NCBI GenBank assembly: GCA_024679065.1
Contig: JAGIQG010000013.1
Coordinates: 35,588,001 to 35,652,000 of the forward strand
Length of the DNA: 64,000 nt
From: Sphyrna mokarran
Taxonomy: Eukaryota
Reading direction: 5' to 3'
How positions within the stretch are numbered: the stretch's first letter is position 1; every line of letters begins with the position of its first letter. A program made the translations under genes and the position numbers. The notes beneath the pieces are model-generated. The model was given only the letters and a program-made list of their open reading frames with translations, was not told the origin of the DNA and ran no database searches. This document shows positions 37,589-49,450 of the stretch, piece by piece.

Positions 37589-38862
37589 ATAAACTCCATT
37601 CATTTCATGTTTTAGCTCTATTTACACAAGATGCTGCTTAGATAATAAACAAAGCAAGAACAAACAAAAAACAACAAAAAAAATCCAAGTTGCATTACCG
37701 ATTGTTGAACAGCCGGCTGGAATTAAATAATGGATTTAAACCTGTTTTTAGCACCTATGCTAACAATTCCATCTAAACCACCCTCAATCCTAGAAAGAGC
37801 CATTCAGTAATATTGGTGTGAAGATGTATAAAGGAATTATTTGCTGAGAATAACATACCCAACGGCTGTACTTTGATCGTTGCAATGTCCATTTCTTTCT
37901 GTTGGATTCTCTTCCAGTTGGAACCATCTTCTTTGATCCATTCGGCTGCTATACAGGAGTAAATGCCCTCGTCCTCAGGTCGCAAGCTGGTGATAATCAA
38001 CTTGAAGATGCCATTTTCTTCCAATGCCATTCTAACATCACCACTTTGGTATCTACTTCTATATGAATCACCGGGATAAAACCAGTCACGTTTAGTGAAT
38101 GATAGGACATCCCGAATCTCCGTGCCATTTACTTTCAACTCCCACGTTATGGCCAGATGTGTGGGAACAGATGAATTTGTCACTGCGACACACTGAAGTT
38201 CCAGAGGCTTCCCTTCACTGTAGCTTGTGGGCTTCACGCTTCTGGATTTGCCCAATGGTAAAATTAGTCCGTCTGGGATCACTATTTGATGAAGAAATGC
38301 ATCAGGATCACATACAAAACAAAAATGCAAGGGATACTTAAAGAAAGTCAAAAAAATAAAATCAGGAACTTGGATCACTCTCAATAACACCTTCTGTTTC
38401 ACATCCCCAATACAAGTTTCAATTCTAGTTTCATTACGTGTAGTTCTACTTTCGTGTATCTAGGACAATTTTTAATACTTCAAAAGATTGTGGTGGTTGA
38501 ATTTAAAATGATCCTGGGTATGAATGTCAGAGAAAGAACAATGAAATCGTTTTACTATTTGGTACATGTAATAGCTATAATAGAGATAACAATGTGTATT
38601 TTGAAGCAATCATATTCCTTTTCTGTTGATTCAATTATACTCTAATTTTCATCTAGTTTCTGGCAAGATATTTATGTTCATCAAACTAAATGTATTCAAA
38701 TAAAACTCTAGCCATGAGTTTCTATTTTGGCAAAAAAAATGGTCTTTACCAGTGTACTGGCCAATGGAAATTGAATTTCCCCATTTATCTCATCACTCGT
38801 AATTTTCTCTGAAAAGATTCCTTCTTGATCTAAAATGCCTCGGTTTCTAGTCTGCCTTTTGT
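36882..38862 (+). repeat. Direct repeat pair, ~510 bp each (36882-37396 and 38358-38862), flanking PTGFRN exon 3
   Basis: Colinear AT-rich copies from aaaatcaggaacttggatca to ttctagtctg(t/c)cttttgt; roughly 85% identical by eye. Confidence 0.95.
37859..38281 (-). CDS. PTGFRN: PTGFRN coding exon 3 (Ig-V domain 2, with the EWI motif)
   Basis: Acceptor tcttcatcaaatAG and donor G|GTATGT; 423 bp. Encodes VIPD...EGKPLELQC...THLAITW...RYQSGDVR...EDEGIYSCIAAEWI...; Glu-Trp-Ile is the EWI-family signature. Confidence 0.95.
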
Positions 38863-39811
38863 AGTTAAAAGTGATACCTAGTATTATCATAGTGAACCAC
38901 ACTCTACTCCCTGGGAGATTCCGAGAGTAAAGTACAGAATATTCTAAATTGAGGCTGAAGCAATGATCTCTGCAAGCTGAACTCCACCTCTATTTTTGTA
39001 CTTTGTACCCTGGAATGTCGAGACTGAAACAGAAAGCTTCTATGAACACTTTACAGACTTCATTGATTACATGTTTCTGAACTCACTTACAAAGGGCCAT
39101 TCTGCACGACTAAACTGATTATGGGAACTGGCAGCTTCCCAGGACCTGGACAGCATTTGCAAGGATATCAGATAGATTGTTTGGAACGCCAGAACTGACA
39201 AGTGACAACAAAGCCTAGTGTCAGTAACTGAGAGACATTACAGGGCAGGAATACTTCACAATTCAGTTATTAACATGAAACCTCCAAGAACCAATGCTCA
39301 GCCATGTACATGCTGAAGGAGGCCCTTCTTCCTGCCATCCTTTAAAAACACAATATAAATGGAAGTGAGTATAGTTTTACTATTGCTCCCCTGTTGAGAG
39401 TACATACGATGAAAGAGCAACAGTTCATTACCTTGGAAAATACGATCAAAGTCTCAAATGCTGTTTAATCACAAATTCTGCTATTTTGAACTATTATGCT
39501 TTTTGATTCTTTGCAATTTCACCCACTGTCATTCTCTTCAAATTACAGCACTCCAGAATTAAATCTTTTATGTAATTGATATTCTATTAAAAAAAATCAA
39601 GCCAACACGGTGCATTGCACCAAATATTTTTATACAGAAAAAAGAAAACAAACTACAGCAATTCCAAATAGTTTCAAAATTGAAAATGCAATCAGATAAA
39701 AGAAAGCAAAGATCAGTGAAGCATAACAAATAAAATTATTATAAACATCAAGATTAAGACAAGTATCTTAAATCAGGATGATTATCTTTCATTCTAGAGC
39801 CAAAGGGTTAG

Positions 39812-40110
39812 CACTGGCTCAGTAGTAGTGCATTGATCAGAGTTAAAATATTGTGGGTTCAAACCCAATTCAAAGTTGAGAATCTGCACTGACTCTTCAG
39901 TGCAATACTGAGAGAGTTGTGCATTGTCAAAGGTGTTATCTTTCACCGTATTAGGTGGATGCAAGAGACTGAAATGGAGCTGGAGTGTTTTGCTGATGCT
40001 CCAATCAACACTAATCCCTCGAAAGCCATCACCAGATTAAATTGCCATTCAAAATTTCACTATTGTTGGCACCTTGTTCTATGCAAATATGTTGCAGCAC
40101 CATTTTAACA
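39812..40110 (+). mobile_element. Ancient Deu-domain SINE (SacSINE1/AmnSINE-like)
   Basis: tRNA-like head (tggctcagtagtag..gggttcaaaccc), then ctgactcttcagtgcaatactgagagagttgtgcattgtcaaaggtgttatctttc..aggtggatgcaagaga, matching the Deu-domain consensus as I recall it. Confidence 0.65.
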
Positions 40111-40819
40111 ATTTCCATACCAGCCTTAGCTAAATAATCTTAGCACCTAACTGCTCTAATACTCCACTTGGGAGTAGAGAAGAAAATGAAGGTGTAAACT
40201 GCATCAGTGAGTAGAAGAAGGTAAAGCAACAACAGTGTCTGGCTTGAGACAGAAATGACTGCCCCCTGCAGAGGAGCCAAGGAGCCTGAAACTCAGATGT
40301 TCATCTGACAATGTATGCAAGACCATAGAAGATCCATGAACATTTCTCTGAAGATGACAACTTGCGAAGTTTACAAGCTACGTTATCAGCAACACAATGA
40401 AAGAAAATGTGTCAAGTAATGCAGATCCCTCAAAATTGAGGACGATCTGCAGCTAAGCAACAGTCCACGGATGATCACAGACAGATATTGGCTCTGCAAC
40501 GGAAGCTACAAATTGCTTCCATCAATTCCAGCCACAACAACACCAGAGCTCAGGTCTTCCAAGATGCAAGGGACTGAGAGATCCGTTTCTGTTACTGACA
40601 AGCCCCCACAATAGTGAGATATTGCAAGTGAAGACTGAAAATGGTGTTATTTCTAAGACTGCCATGATGGAGCGCCCCCGCCCCCCACCTCGTCCAAGTA
40701 GTAGTTATGTCTCAAGCAGGTAAAGATTTAGGCACAAGGGGGTAAATATAGAATTAGGAAATAGAAAATTGATGGGGTAGGTGACACAGGTAAGAGAACC
40801 TATTCTAGCTGCCCTATCT

Positions 40820-43270
40820 ATTTGTAAAATGTGTACTGGAAGGATTGTTGGAGCAGTATGTGGCTAGCCCGGCGAGAGAACGGGCTATATTGGATTTACT
40901 TCTGAGTAATGAGCCAGGGCAGGTGGTTGATGGTGTAAGTAAGGGAACATGTGGCTAACAGTGACCACAATTCTGTCTACTTTAGGATACAGATGGAAAA
41001 GGATGCTTGTTGCCCTAGGAGCAGGGTGCTGAAATGGGGGAAGGCTAACTATGGTCGGATTAGGCAGGAACTTATGGAAACTGACTGGGAACGGTTGTTC
41101 GAGGGTAAGTCCACACTGGGACTCTTTCAAGGGAGTACTGAAAATGTTGCAAGGTAAATGTGTGCCGGCCAAGAAGAAAGATGCGAAAGATAGGATTAGA
41201 GAGCCGTGGATTACTAGGGATATTGAGGACTTGGTTAGGAAGAAAAGAGAGGCGTATGATAGGCCAAAGCAACTGGGAACGGAGACAGCATTGGAGAATA
41301 TAGAGAGAGTACAGGGAGCTCAAATGGGGAATTAGAAGGGCAAAAAGGGGCATGAAATGATTTTGGCGAATAGGATTAAGGAAAATCCAAAGGCTTTTTA
41401 CTCCTATGTTAGGAATAAAAGGGTGGTTAGAGGAAACATCAGACCGCTTAGGGACAGAGGAGGGGAACCGTGCTTAGAGCCCGAGGGAATGGCGGAGATC
41501 CTGAATGAATACTTTGCGTCGGTATTCACGAAGGAGAGGGGCTTGTTGACAGCTCCTGTCTCTGAGGGAGCTGTGGACCAGTTGAGGGAAATATCTATAC
41601 CGAGGGAGGAAATGTTAGAGCTTCTAGGTAGCATTAAAACTGATAAGTCTCCGGGGCCTGATGGCATTTATCCCAGGCTGCTTAGGAAGGTGCGAGGTGA
41701 AATTGCTGGGCTTCTGACGCAAATCTTTGTCTCTTCTTTGGACACAGGTGAGGTCCCAGAGGACTGGAGAATAGCTAATGTTGTACCGTTGTTTAAAAAG
41801 GGTAGTAGGGATAATCCTGGAAATTATAGGCCGGTGAGTTTGATGTCAGTGGTAGGGAAGCTGTTGGAGGGGATTCTTAGAGATAGCATGTATAGGCACT
41901 TAGAGCCTTGCGATTTGATTAGGGATAAGCAGCATGGATTTGTTAAGGGGAGGTCGTGCCTTACAAATCTGGTAGAATTTTTTGATGAGGTGACGAAAAC
42001 GGTGGACGAAGGGCGAGCCGTTGATGTTGTCTATATAGATTTTAGTAACGCGTTTGACAAAGTCCCTCATGGGAGGTTAGTTGAGAAGGTCAAGGCTAAT
42101 GGGATACAAGGACAGGTAGCTAGATAGATAAGCAACTGGCTTGGTAATAGGAGACAGAGAGTAATAGTGGAAGGGTGTTTTTCTAGCTGGAGGTCGATCA
42201 CTAGTGGTGTGCCGCAGGGCTCGGTACTGGGACCTCTTCTATTTGTAATGTATATAAACGACTTGGAAGAGGGAGTAAGTGGAGTGATCAGCAAGTTTGC
42301 AGACGATACAAAAATTGCTGGACTTGCGGATAGTGAGGAGCATTGTCAGGCGATGCAGCAGGACATAGATAAGCTAGTAGCTTGGATAGACAGATGGCAG
42401 ATGGAATTCAATCCTGATAAATGTGAGGTGATGCATTTTGGGAGAAAGAATGTAGGAGGAAGGTATATGATAAAGGGTAGACCTATTAAGAGTGTAGAAA
42501 CGCAGAGGGACCTGGGGGTGCAGGTGAACAAGTCTCTGAAGGTGGCAGAGCAAGTGGAGAAGGCTGTGAAGAAAGCATATAGTATGCTAGCCTTTATAGG
42601 AAGGGTTATAGAGTACGAGAGCTGGCCTTTAATGTTGTAGTTGTATAAAACGCTGGTTAGACCTCATTTGGAATACTGCGTCCAGTTCTGGTCGCCCTTC
42701 TACCGGAAGGATGTGGAGACTCTGGAGAGAGTGCAGAGGAGTTTACCAGGATGCTGCCTGGTATGGAAGGTCTGAGTTACGAGAAGAGGTTAAGCAAATT
42801 GGGGCTGTTTTCCTTAGAAAGTCGTAGATTTAGAGGAGATCTAATAGAGGTGTACAAGATTATGAGGGGTATAGATAGAGTAAACAGGATAAAGCTTTTT
42901 CCTAGGATGCACGAGGGGTCATGGGCTTAGGGTGAGGTGGAGTAAGGTATAATTTGGATGCCAGAGGGAGTTTTTTCACACAGAGGGTGGTGGCAGTTTG
43001 GAATGCACTGCCAAGTAAAGTGGTGGAGGCAGGTACTCTGGAGTTATTTAATCATACTTAGATGGGCACATGCACAGAATGGGAATGGAGGGGTATAGAA
43101 AACTGATTTAAAATAGGGACTGTGAGCCTTGGGAGTCCCTGGGAAGTGTGTAAATAGATGATGATATTGATGTATTTGTTTTTATCCTACAGGTGCTTTG
43201 GTCCACCTTGTTGTCTAAAGAGGGGCATACATGTGATGGGTCGTGAGAGGGCTGCTCTTGGTTTTTTTTT
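40820..43270 (+). mobile_element. Long CR1 LINE ORF2 fragment (end of endonuclease through RT), pseudogenised
   Basis: ILDLLLSNEPG and SDHNSV (APE end); KSPGPDGIYPR, NYRPVSL, QHGFVKGRSCLTNL, GVPQGSVLGP, KFADDTK. In-frame TAG at 42125-42127 and 42638-42640, plus frameshifts. Confidence 0.97.
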
Positions 43271-43324
43271 GAGAGTATCCTAGTGCTTCACGTCGTTAGT
43301 CTACACTTGACCTGGACCATTTGA

Positions 43325-43633
43325 TGGGCAACACGACAGCTCAGTGACTATTGCTGTGCTGTGCAGATACATGGATTTGGGCCTGTGTCTGTGGGAGTTT
43401 GCACATTCTCCCCATGTTTGCATGGGTTTTTTCCGGGTGCTCCGATTTCCTCCCACATCCCAAAGATGTGCTCTTAGGCTAATTGACAAAACAAATTCTC
43501 CCTAAATTGTCTGAAATTTGGTTTTTCATCCATAGATCTATAAACATGGACAGGGATCGCGGTAGAGGTGGGAACATCGGAGTGGCGGCGCGGGCTCGTT
43601 GGGCCCATTTCCCGTCCTGTTTTGTTCTTTGTT
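43325..43633 (+). mobile_element. V-SINE, tail type C
   Basis: V-domain gagtttgcacattctccccatgtttgcatgggttttttccgggtgctccgatttcctcccacatcccaaagatgtg, then a distinct tail shared with 1001-1143. Confidence 0.85.
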
Positions 43634-44079
43634 GTACTGCTGACCTTCTCCAATCCTTGCGGTAATGGAGGCTTGAAAAAAGATTTAATGTTTTGACCCA
43701 TCATCGGAGGAATGACAATATATATCCAAATGAGGATTTCAGAGAATCTGGTCTCTGCACATAATTAAATAAATATTTTTAAAGACTCATTTATTTGTAG
43801 AGGAATAGATTACATGTTCAAATATCCCAGTTCAAATCTAATCTTAATTCACAGCTGGCACAGTGAGATGGATAATTGTCTTCTAATGATTTTTGGTCAC
43901 AACCTTTGAACCCAGTAAAAGGACGTGGCACTGGCAAGTTAAAAGTCATATTTTTTAATTCTTCAAACACACCAGAAAAATAACTAAGACAAAAACATGG
44001 GACATGGAACAACTCAACAGGCCTGCCAATATCTCTAACTAACTAAAATTACTAACCTTCCTTTTAGGAAATAAATTCT

Positions 44080-44470
44080 ATACTAGGTAATGAGCAAATA
44101 CAGGCCAGGACAGCATCCAGTTCCATTTCTGAACCCTACCAATTTAACTGATTGAACAGCTAGAACAAGCATAAGGACGCAACTAACAACAGTGTCTCTG
44201 CCTTCATGGGGCGGGGGTGGGGGAGGAATGTATTGAGGTCAGGGATGACAGAAATAAGACCCCAGTGTTCCTCTCTCTGATTAATTGCCAGGGGCAGCCA
44301 CAGGAGACTTGTGTGTGTGGATGTCTGTTATGAGACAAGTAAAGATAGCAATAAGCTCAGTCCAGTTGCTTTCATAGTTGAAGAACTCATCATTTAAGGT
44401 CAAAATTTTCACATGAAAGGCTGGTACTTTGGTGAGATACGAGTAAGCTGCCAACAGATGCAGAAGCTTA
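44080..44470 (+). mobile_element. Ancient SINE relic, LF-SINE-like (related relics probably at about 2085-2240 minus and 4350-4450 plus)
   Basis: gtgtgtgtggatgtc...catagttgaa..actcatcatttaaggtc..cacatgaaaggctggtactttggtgagatac resembles an old LF-SINE-type consensus as I recall it. Heavily diverged. Confidence 0.4.
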
Positions 44471-44570
44471 TCCTGGTATCAGGTAGCAACTAAAGTGGAG
44501 GAGGGAGAATATTGGAAAAGGTGAACCTGTGTTAAATTAGTAAATAACAAGAAAGTAGATACAAATTGAT

Positions 44571-45718
44571 GCATTTGACAAGGTCCCCCATGCAAGACTT
44601 CTTGAGAAGGTGAGAGGGCATGGGATCCAAGGGGCTTTGGCCTTGTGGATCCAGAACTAGCTTGCCTGCAGAAGGCAGAGGGTGGTTGTGGATGGCTCTT
44701 TTTCTGCATGGAGGTCGGTCACCAGTGGAGTGCCCCAGGGATCTGTTCTAGGACCCTTGCTGTTTGTCATTTTCATAAATGACCTGGATGAGGAAGTGGA
44801 GGGATGGGTGAGTAAGTTCGCCGATGACACGAAGGTCGGTGGTGTTGTGGATGGTCTGGAGGGATGTCAAAAGTTGCAGCAGGACATCGACAGGATGCAA
44901 GACTGGGCGGAGAAGTGGCAGATGGACTTCAACGCGGATAAATGTGTTGTGGTCCATTTTGGCAGATCCAACGGGATGAACGAGTACACTATCAAAGGTA
45001 GGAGTCTTAGCTGTGTGGAAGAGCAGAGGGATCTTGGGGTCCGGGTCCATAAGACTCTCAAATCGGCCTCCCAGGTGGAGGATGTGGTTAAGAAAGCTTA
45101 CGGTGTACTGGCCTTCATTCATCGAGGGATTGAGTTCAGGAGTCAGGAGGTAATGCTGCAGCTTTATAGGACCCTTGTCAGACCACACTTGGAGTACTGT
45201 GCGCAGTTCTGGTCGCCTCACTATAGGAAGGACGTGGAAGCTATTGAAAGGGTGCAGAGGAGATTTACAAGGATGTTGCCTGGATTGGGAGGCATGCCTT
45301 ATGAAGACAGGTTGAGGGAGCTGGGACTGTTCTCCCTGGAGAGACGAAGGTTGAGAGGCGACCTGATAGAGGTTTACAAGATGTTGAGAGGAATAGATAG
45401 GGTGGACTCTCAGAGACTATTTCCCAGGGCTGAAATGGTCATGACGAGAGGGCACAGATTTAAGGTGCAGGGAAGCAAGTACAGAGGGGATGCTAGGGGA
45501 AAGTTTTTCACTCAGAGGGTGGTGAGTGAATGGAATCGGCTGCCGTCGGTGGTGGTCGAGGCGAACTCGCTGGGGTCTTTTAAAAGACTTCTGGATGAGT
45601 ATATGGGATCCAATGGGATTGGGGGTTATAGATAGGTCTATGGCTGGGTAGGTTTTGATGTGTTCGGCACAACTTGTGGGCTGAAGGGCGTGTTTGTGCT
45701 GTAGTGTTCTATGTTCTA
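44571..45718 (+). mobile_element. Young 5'-truncated CR1 LINE
   Basis: Uninterrupted 317-codon ORF 44682-45635 ([35 protein letters not shown]) running to its native stop. Many intact CpGs; terminal gttctatgttcta repeat. Confidence 0.97.
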
Positions 45719-45798
45719 AATAGAATTAGTAATGTCATCATGTCCACTTAAAATGAATTAAAGGCAATTGAAGTTAATGTACCATTTGCAAAGCTTAC

Positions 45799-46161
45799 CT
45801 TTCAAAGTCACACGGTCTTTATAATTTCCAGAACTATTTTCATCTGTGCTTGGTGTTTGGCATTCATATTCCCCAGCATCTTCAAATTTCACGCTCTTGA
45901 AATGTAGCTCAACAGAGCTGTCACTGAGTCTCTTCATCCAAATCTCCTTCTTCTGGATTTTATCCTTGTATTCAGCATCTGAAAATTCAGGTTCCAGTGT
46001 GCTGACAACATTCCTCTGTCTACCATTAAACACAATCCAATCAAAGTTTTGTTCAAGCGGCCCTTCATAATTGCTGACGTTGCAGGGAATGTCGACTGGA
46101 GTTCCAACGACACGGTACAGAACACCCGCTGGGACTTTCACAATACGTCCTGAACTCAGTC
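45799..46161 (-). CDS. PTGFRN: PTGFRN coding exon 2 (end of signal peptide + Ig-V domain 1)
   Basis: Acceptor ttttcctcgcAG and donor G|GTAAGC; 363 bp, phase 1-1. Encodes LSSGRIVKVPAGVLYRVVGTPVDIPCNVSNYEGPLEQNFDW...YECQTPSTD...GNYKDRVTLK, matching recalled human PTGFRN (GRVVRVP...IPCNVSDYDGPSEQNFDW...CSTPSTD...GNYEDTVQVK). Confidence 0.95.
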
Positions 46162-46429
46162 CTGCGAGGAAAAGGGGGAAAAAAAACCAAACATGAATAC
46201 CTCACAGGAGCAGAATATTGAGTAAGATGAGAAATACCTACATTCTTGCCAACATTACGTCAATGTGTTCAAAGAAGCATTTGCATAGTTCGCTAAACTT
46301 TGCGGACAGTCTTTGGACTTACAACATATTGATTCCTGAAAACAGCACTTTAACGTCGAAATGCTGACAAGTCAGAATCAATTTTCTCGTAAGAATAATG
46401 TTATAAATCACTTCAAATTATGGTCAAGA

Positions 46430-47018
46430 GCTTCAGGTTTCTCCGTGTCCACATCACCAACCTGTCCTGGTTTCCCCACTATAGTTAAGAAAGCCCACTG
46501 GCACCTCTACTTTCTCAGGTGGCTAAGGAAATTTGCCATGACACTCAACTTTTACAGAAAACATTTTTTCTGGTTGTTTCACAGCTTGGTATGGTTCCTG
46601 CACTGTCCAAGACTGCAACTACAATGGTTTATGAATGAAGCCCACTATCATTCAAACTAGTCTCCACCCACTGACTTTCTACACTTCCTGCTGCCTCAGA
46701 AAAGCAGCCAGCATAATCAAGGACTCATGCACCCCGGACATATTCTCATCCATTTTCTTCTGTCAGGGAAAAGCTAAAGTCTGAGTCACATATCAACTGA
46801 CTCAAGAACAGCTTCTCCCCTGCTGCGTAAGATTTTTGAATAGAAATCTACCTCATATTAAGTTGATCTTTCTCCACACCCTAGCTATGACTGTAAGACT
46901 ACATTCTGCACTCTTTCCTTTCCTTCTCCATGCAGGGTATGCTTTGTCTGTATAGCATGCAAGAAACAATACTTTTTACTGTATGCTAATACATGTGACA
47001 ATAATAAATCAAATAAAT
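46430..47018 (+). mobile_element. Rex1/Babar LINE 3' fragment
   Basis: IVKKAHWHLYFLRWLRKFAM..LNFY.. resembles Rex1-Babar KKAQQRLYFLRRLRKF; 3' end tacatgtgacaataataaatcaaataaat. Confidence 0.85.
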
Positions 47019-47917
47019 TAGGAATTGGTTCCTGTACCAAGGCTTCATACCCCTCTTTCACCAAAATAACCGAGACTGTTCTACTTAAATTTGGAAAGAC
47101 AAAGATTCACCAATGAAAATGTCTTGAATCAGCAACCAAGTGTCTTGAGTCAGGGAGGTGCAGATGTTAAAATACAGGAATGAATTTGAGCTTATTCACT
47201 GGCATGTGCTGCAAGTCGACACAGACATTCTAAATACAAAACAGGCTGTCAATTTACAAATGCTACAAGTCATGACGTGAATGTCGTAAAGTTGAAGCCT
47301 GCCTGTGTGGGATATTGCTTCAATTGACTGAAATCCAGCTGCTTTAATCTCTGGCTCATCTAGAGAATGGCAATGTAGCTCTTGAGAAGCAGATGAGAAG
47401 TGTATGTTAAAAGGGCATTTACTGACACTAATGATTCCAGTAATGCGATGCGCTTAATTTCACTTCCCATCATGGCCAAAGGTTTAAATTTTGAGCTTCC
47501 ATTTCTCCATACAAACATCAGGAAGGAAATGGATGCATAATGCCACTATTGTCCAATACATCAACTATCAACCAAGTGGTTATCTGAAAATCCAGATGTG
47601 ACTAGTTGCATTACAGATTAATAATGGAGTAATAGACACTGTTCTTATGTTTGGCCTCAATGCTCGCATAGTATGTACAAAGGACATGTGTAAATCAATG
47701 CTTGTATGTGAATAATTGTACCTTTGCTATGGTTTGATTCCCAGGGCCATTCTTCACGAGTGCATGTTACAACGTTTGCAGTTATTCAGACTTTCCTTTT
47801 TAAATCACAATAATATGTTGCACAAGTTGCTAAAAGTGCAATCTCAATGTCACTGCAAAAGAATTTGGGCACTTGGGACCCGACTGAACAAGACAATCTC
47901 CTTAAATCAGACTGAAA

Positions 47918-49450
47918 GGGGCGATCTTATGAAAATAATTCCAACTCCGGAATGAGTGTGAAAACAGAGTTTTAAATCTATTTCCTCAGTGAGTCCAAAT
48001 GTTGAATGTTATAAGCTTATTGCATGAATAAAATCCTGAAATCCATTTCTCATCTGTTGGGCGAGGGGACAGGGCTTAAGTTGCCTACTGGTAGTGCAAA
48101 GGATTCCATTGCACATGTGTAGGGCTCTGCTCTAAGAGCAACAGAAATCTATCACAGCCTCAGCTAGGTATTACTGGCCTCTGTGGCATTAAGCGCCTCT
48201 ACCCCCACTCTACAGGCTATTCACAATCCCTCTCCTGGCCAGACCAATCGCCCACAACACCCCAATCCATGACCCTCTCCCCCTTCCAAATACCAGGCCA
48301 AATTGCCACTCTCTCCCCACCAAACACTGCTGCACAGTGGCTGGGTTCCACCACCCCCCACTAACCCAAGTCTGGCCCTATCACCTCCCTTCAGTCGCCA
48401 TCTGAGGCCCGGTGAGCAGTGCAAACGTGCCAGACTGGTATTCCTTAAATGAAAGCTAGTATGTTGTTGAAACTCATGGCATTAAACCAGGAGAATCTGA
48501 CTAAGCACATGGTAAACTGAAGGTCATGAAAAAAAAATGAGGGAACTAAAAGTTTATAAAATCAATCTGGAACTTGCAAATATTCTCAGTGATTTAAAAT
48601 GATTGGAACTACCCCAGGTCATAATGCACCTTTCTGGGCAATGTTACCATCACTTCCTGCTGGCCGGTAAGTGGGATGAGCCAGCAAGATTGTGAGAGAA
48701 CAAAGAAGTCAGGTTTGCACTCAATTTCTCACCTCTCACAATGTTATCAGCACTGGGTATCTGGCACAATCAGCCTCACGCCAATTCTGATGTGAGGCTG
48801 AATAAATTATTTCAAATCAACTTTACAATAAATTTAAATGAAATTAGCAAGCCCGGGCTCACTTATCTGTATGGCCTTATCGTGGGAGGTTCCCTCCAGC
48901 AAAAATTACAACTAGTCCCCTTTGGGGTCCAGACATGACGGCCTTGCTGATAGAACCAGAGGCCATTGAAGCCCCACTGGTAGGTTGGGGGCAAGAAGAT
49001 GCCCCCTGGGCAGTGTCAGCGTGACTGTTCATTGGGTAAAGGGCAGTGCCAAGAGGGCAGGACTTGACAGACTGCTGCGCACTCTGCAGATGCAATCAGA
49101 AGGGATGGGGGGAGAAAAAAAAACAAACAAAAAAAAAAGTCGCTGCCACTCTACATTGCAATCAGTGGCGAGGGGGAGTGTGCTGGGTTCAGGCTATAGA
49201 GGCCAGCAGAAGTAGGAGACGCTCTGTGATAGGTTCTGCTGCTCTCAGAGTAGAAACCTGCGCAAACACAACTGCACTCTTCTGCTGCTCTCAGCTGACT
49301 TCCTGGTAATTTAAACCCCCCCCCCCCCCCCCACCCCCCCCCAATCCCTCTAAAGGCAGAAAATCCAAGATTTTGCCAAAAAACAAACCCAACACTCTCC
49401 CGTTTTTCACGCTCATTCTGGACTTAGAATTTTCGTCGTAAGATCACCCC
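47918..49450. mobile_element. Non-autonomous DNA transposon/foldback element with long imperfect inverted termini (or two opposed copies)
   Basis: Left ggggcgatcttatgaaaataattccaactccggaatgagtgtgaaaac pairs with right gtttttcacgctcattctggacttagaattttcgtcgtaagatcacccc. Internal inverted match 48127-48157 vs 49224-49255. Confidence 0.65.
49316..49342 (+). repeat. Poly-C tract (G-run on the PTGFRN sense strand)
   Basis: About 17 C, one A, then about 9 C. Confidence 0.85.

Noticed and set aside
40260-40520. Possible RTE LINE 3' remnant
   Set aside because: Only faint motif resemblance (DNVCK..., IG); too degenerate to support without a profile search.
41357-45635. Long RT ORFs (256, 157 and 317 aa) as host genes or a novel RT system
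   Set aside because: They are standard CR1 ORF2 fragments: 5'-truncated, with stops or frameshifts, and inside an intron.
18733-46161. Assignment to IGSF3, IGSF8 or CD101 instead of PTGFRN
   Set aside because: Six Ig domains, a split sixth domain, and the Ig1/Ig5 and tail sequences fit PTGFRN. IGSF8, CD101 and IGSF3 have 4, 7 and 8 domains.
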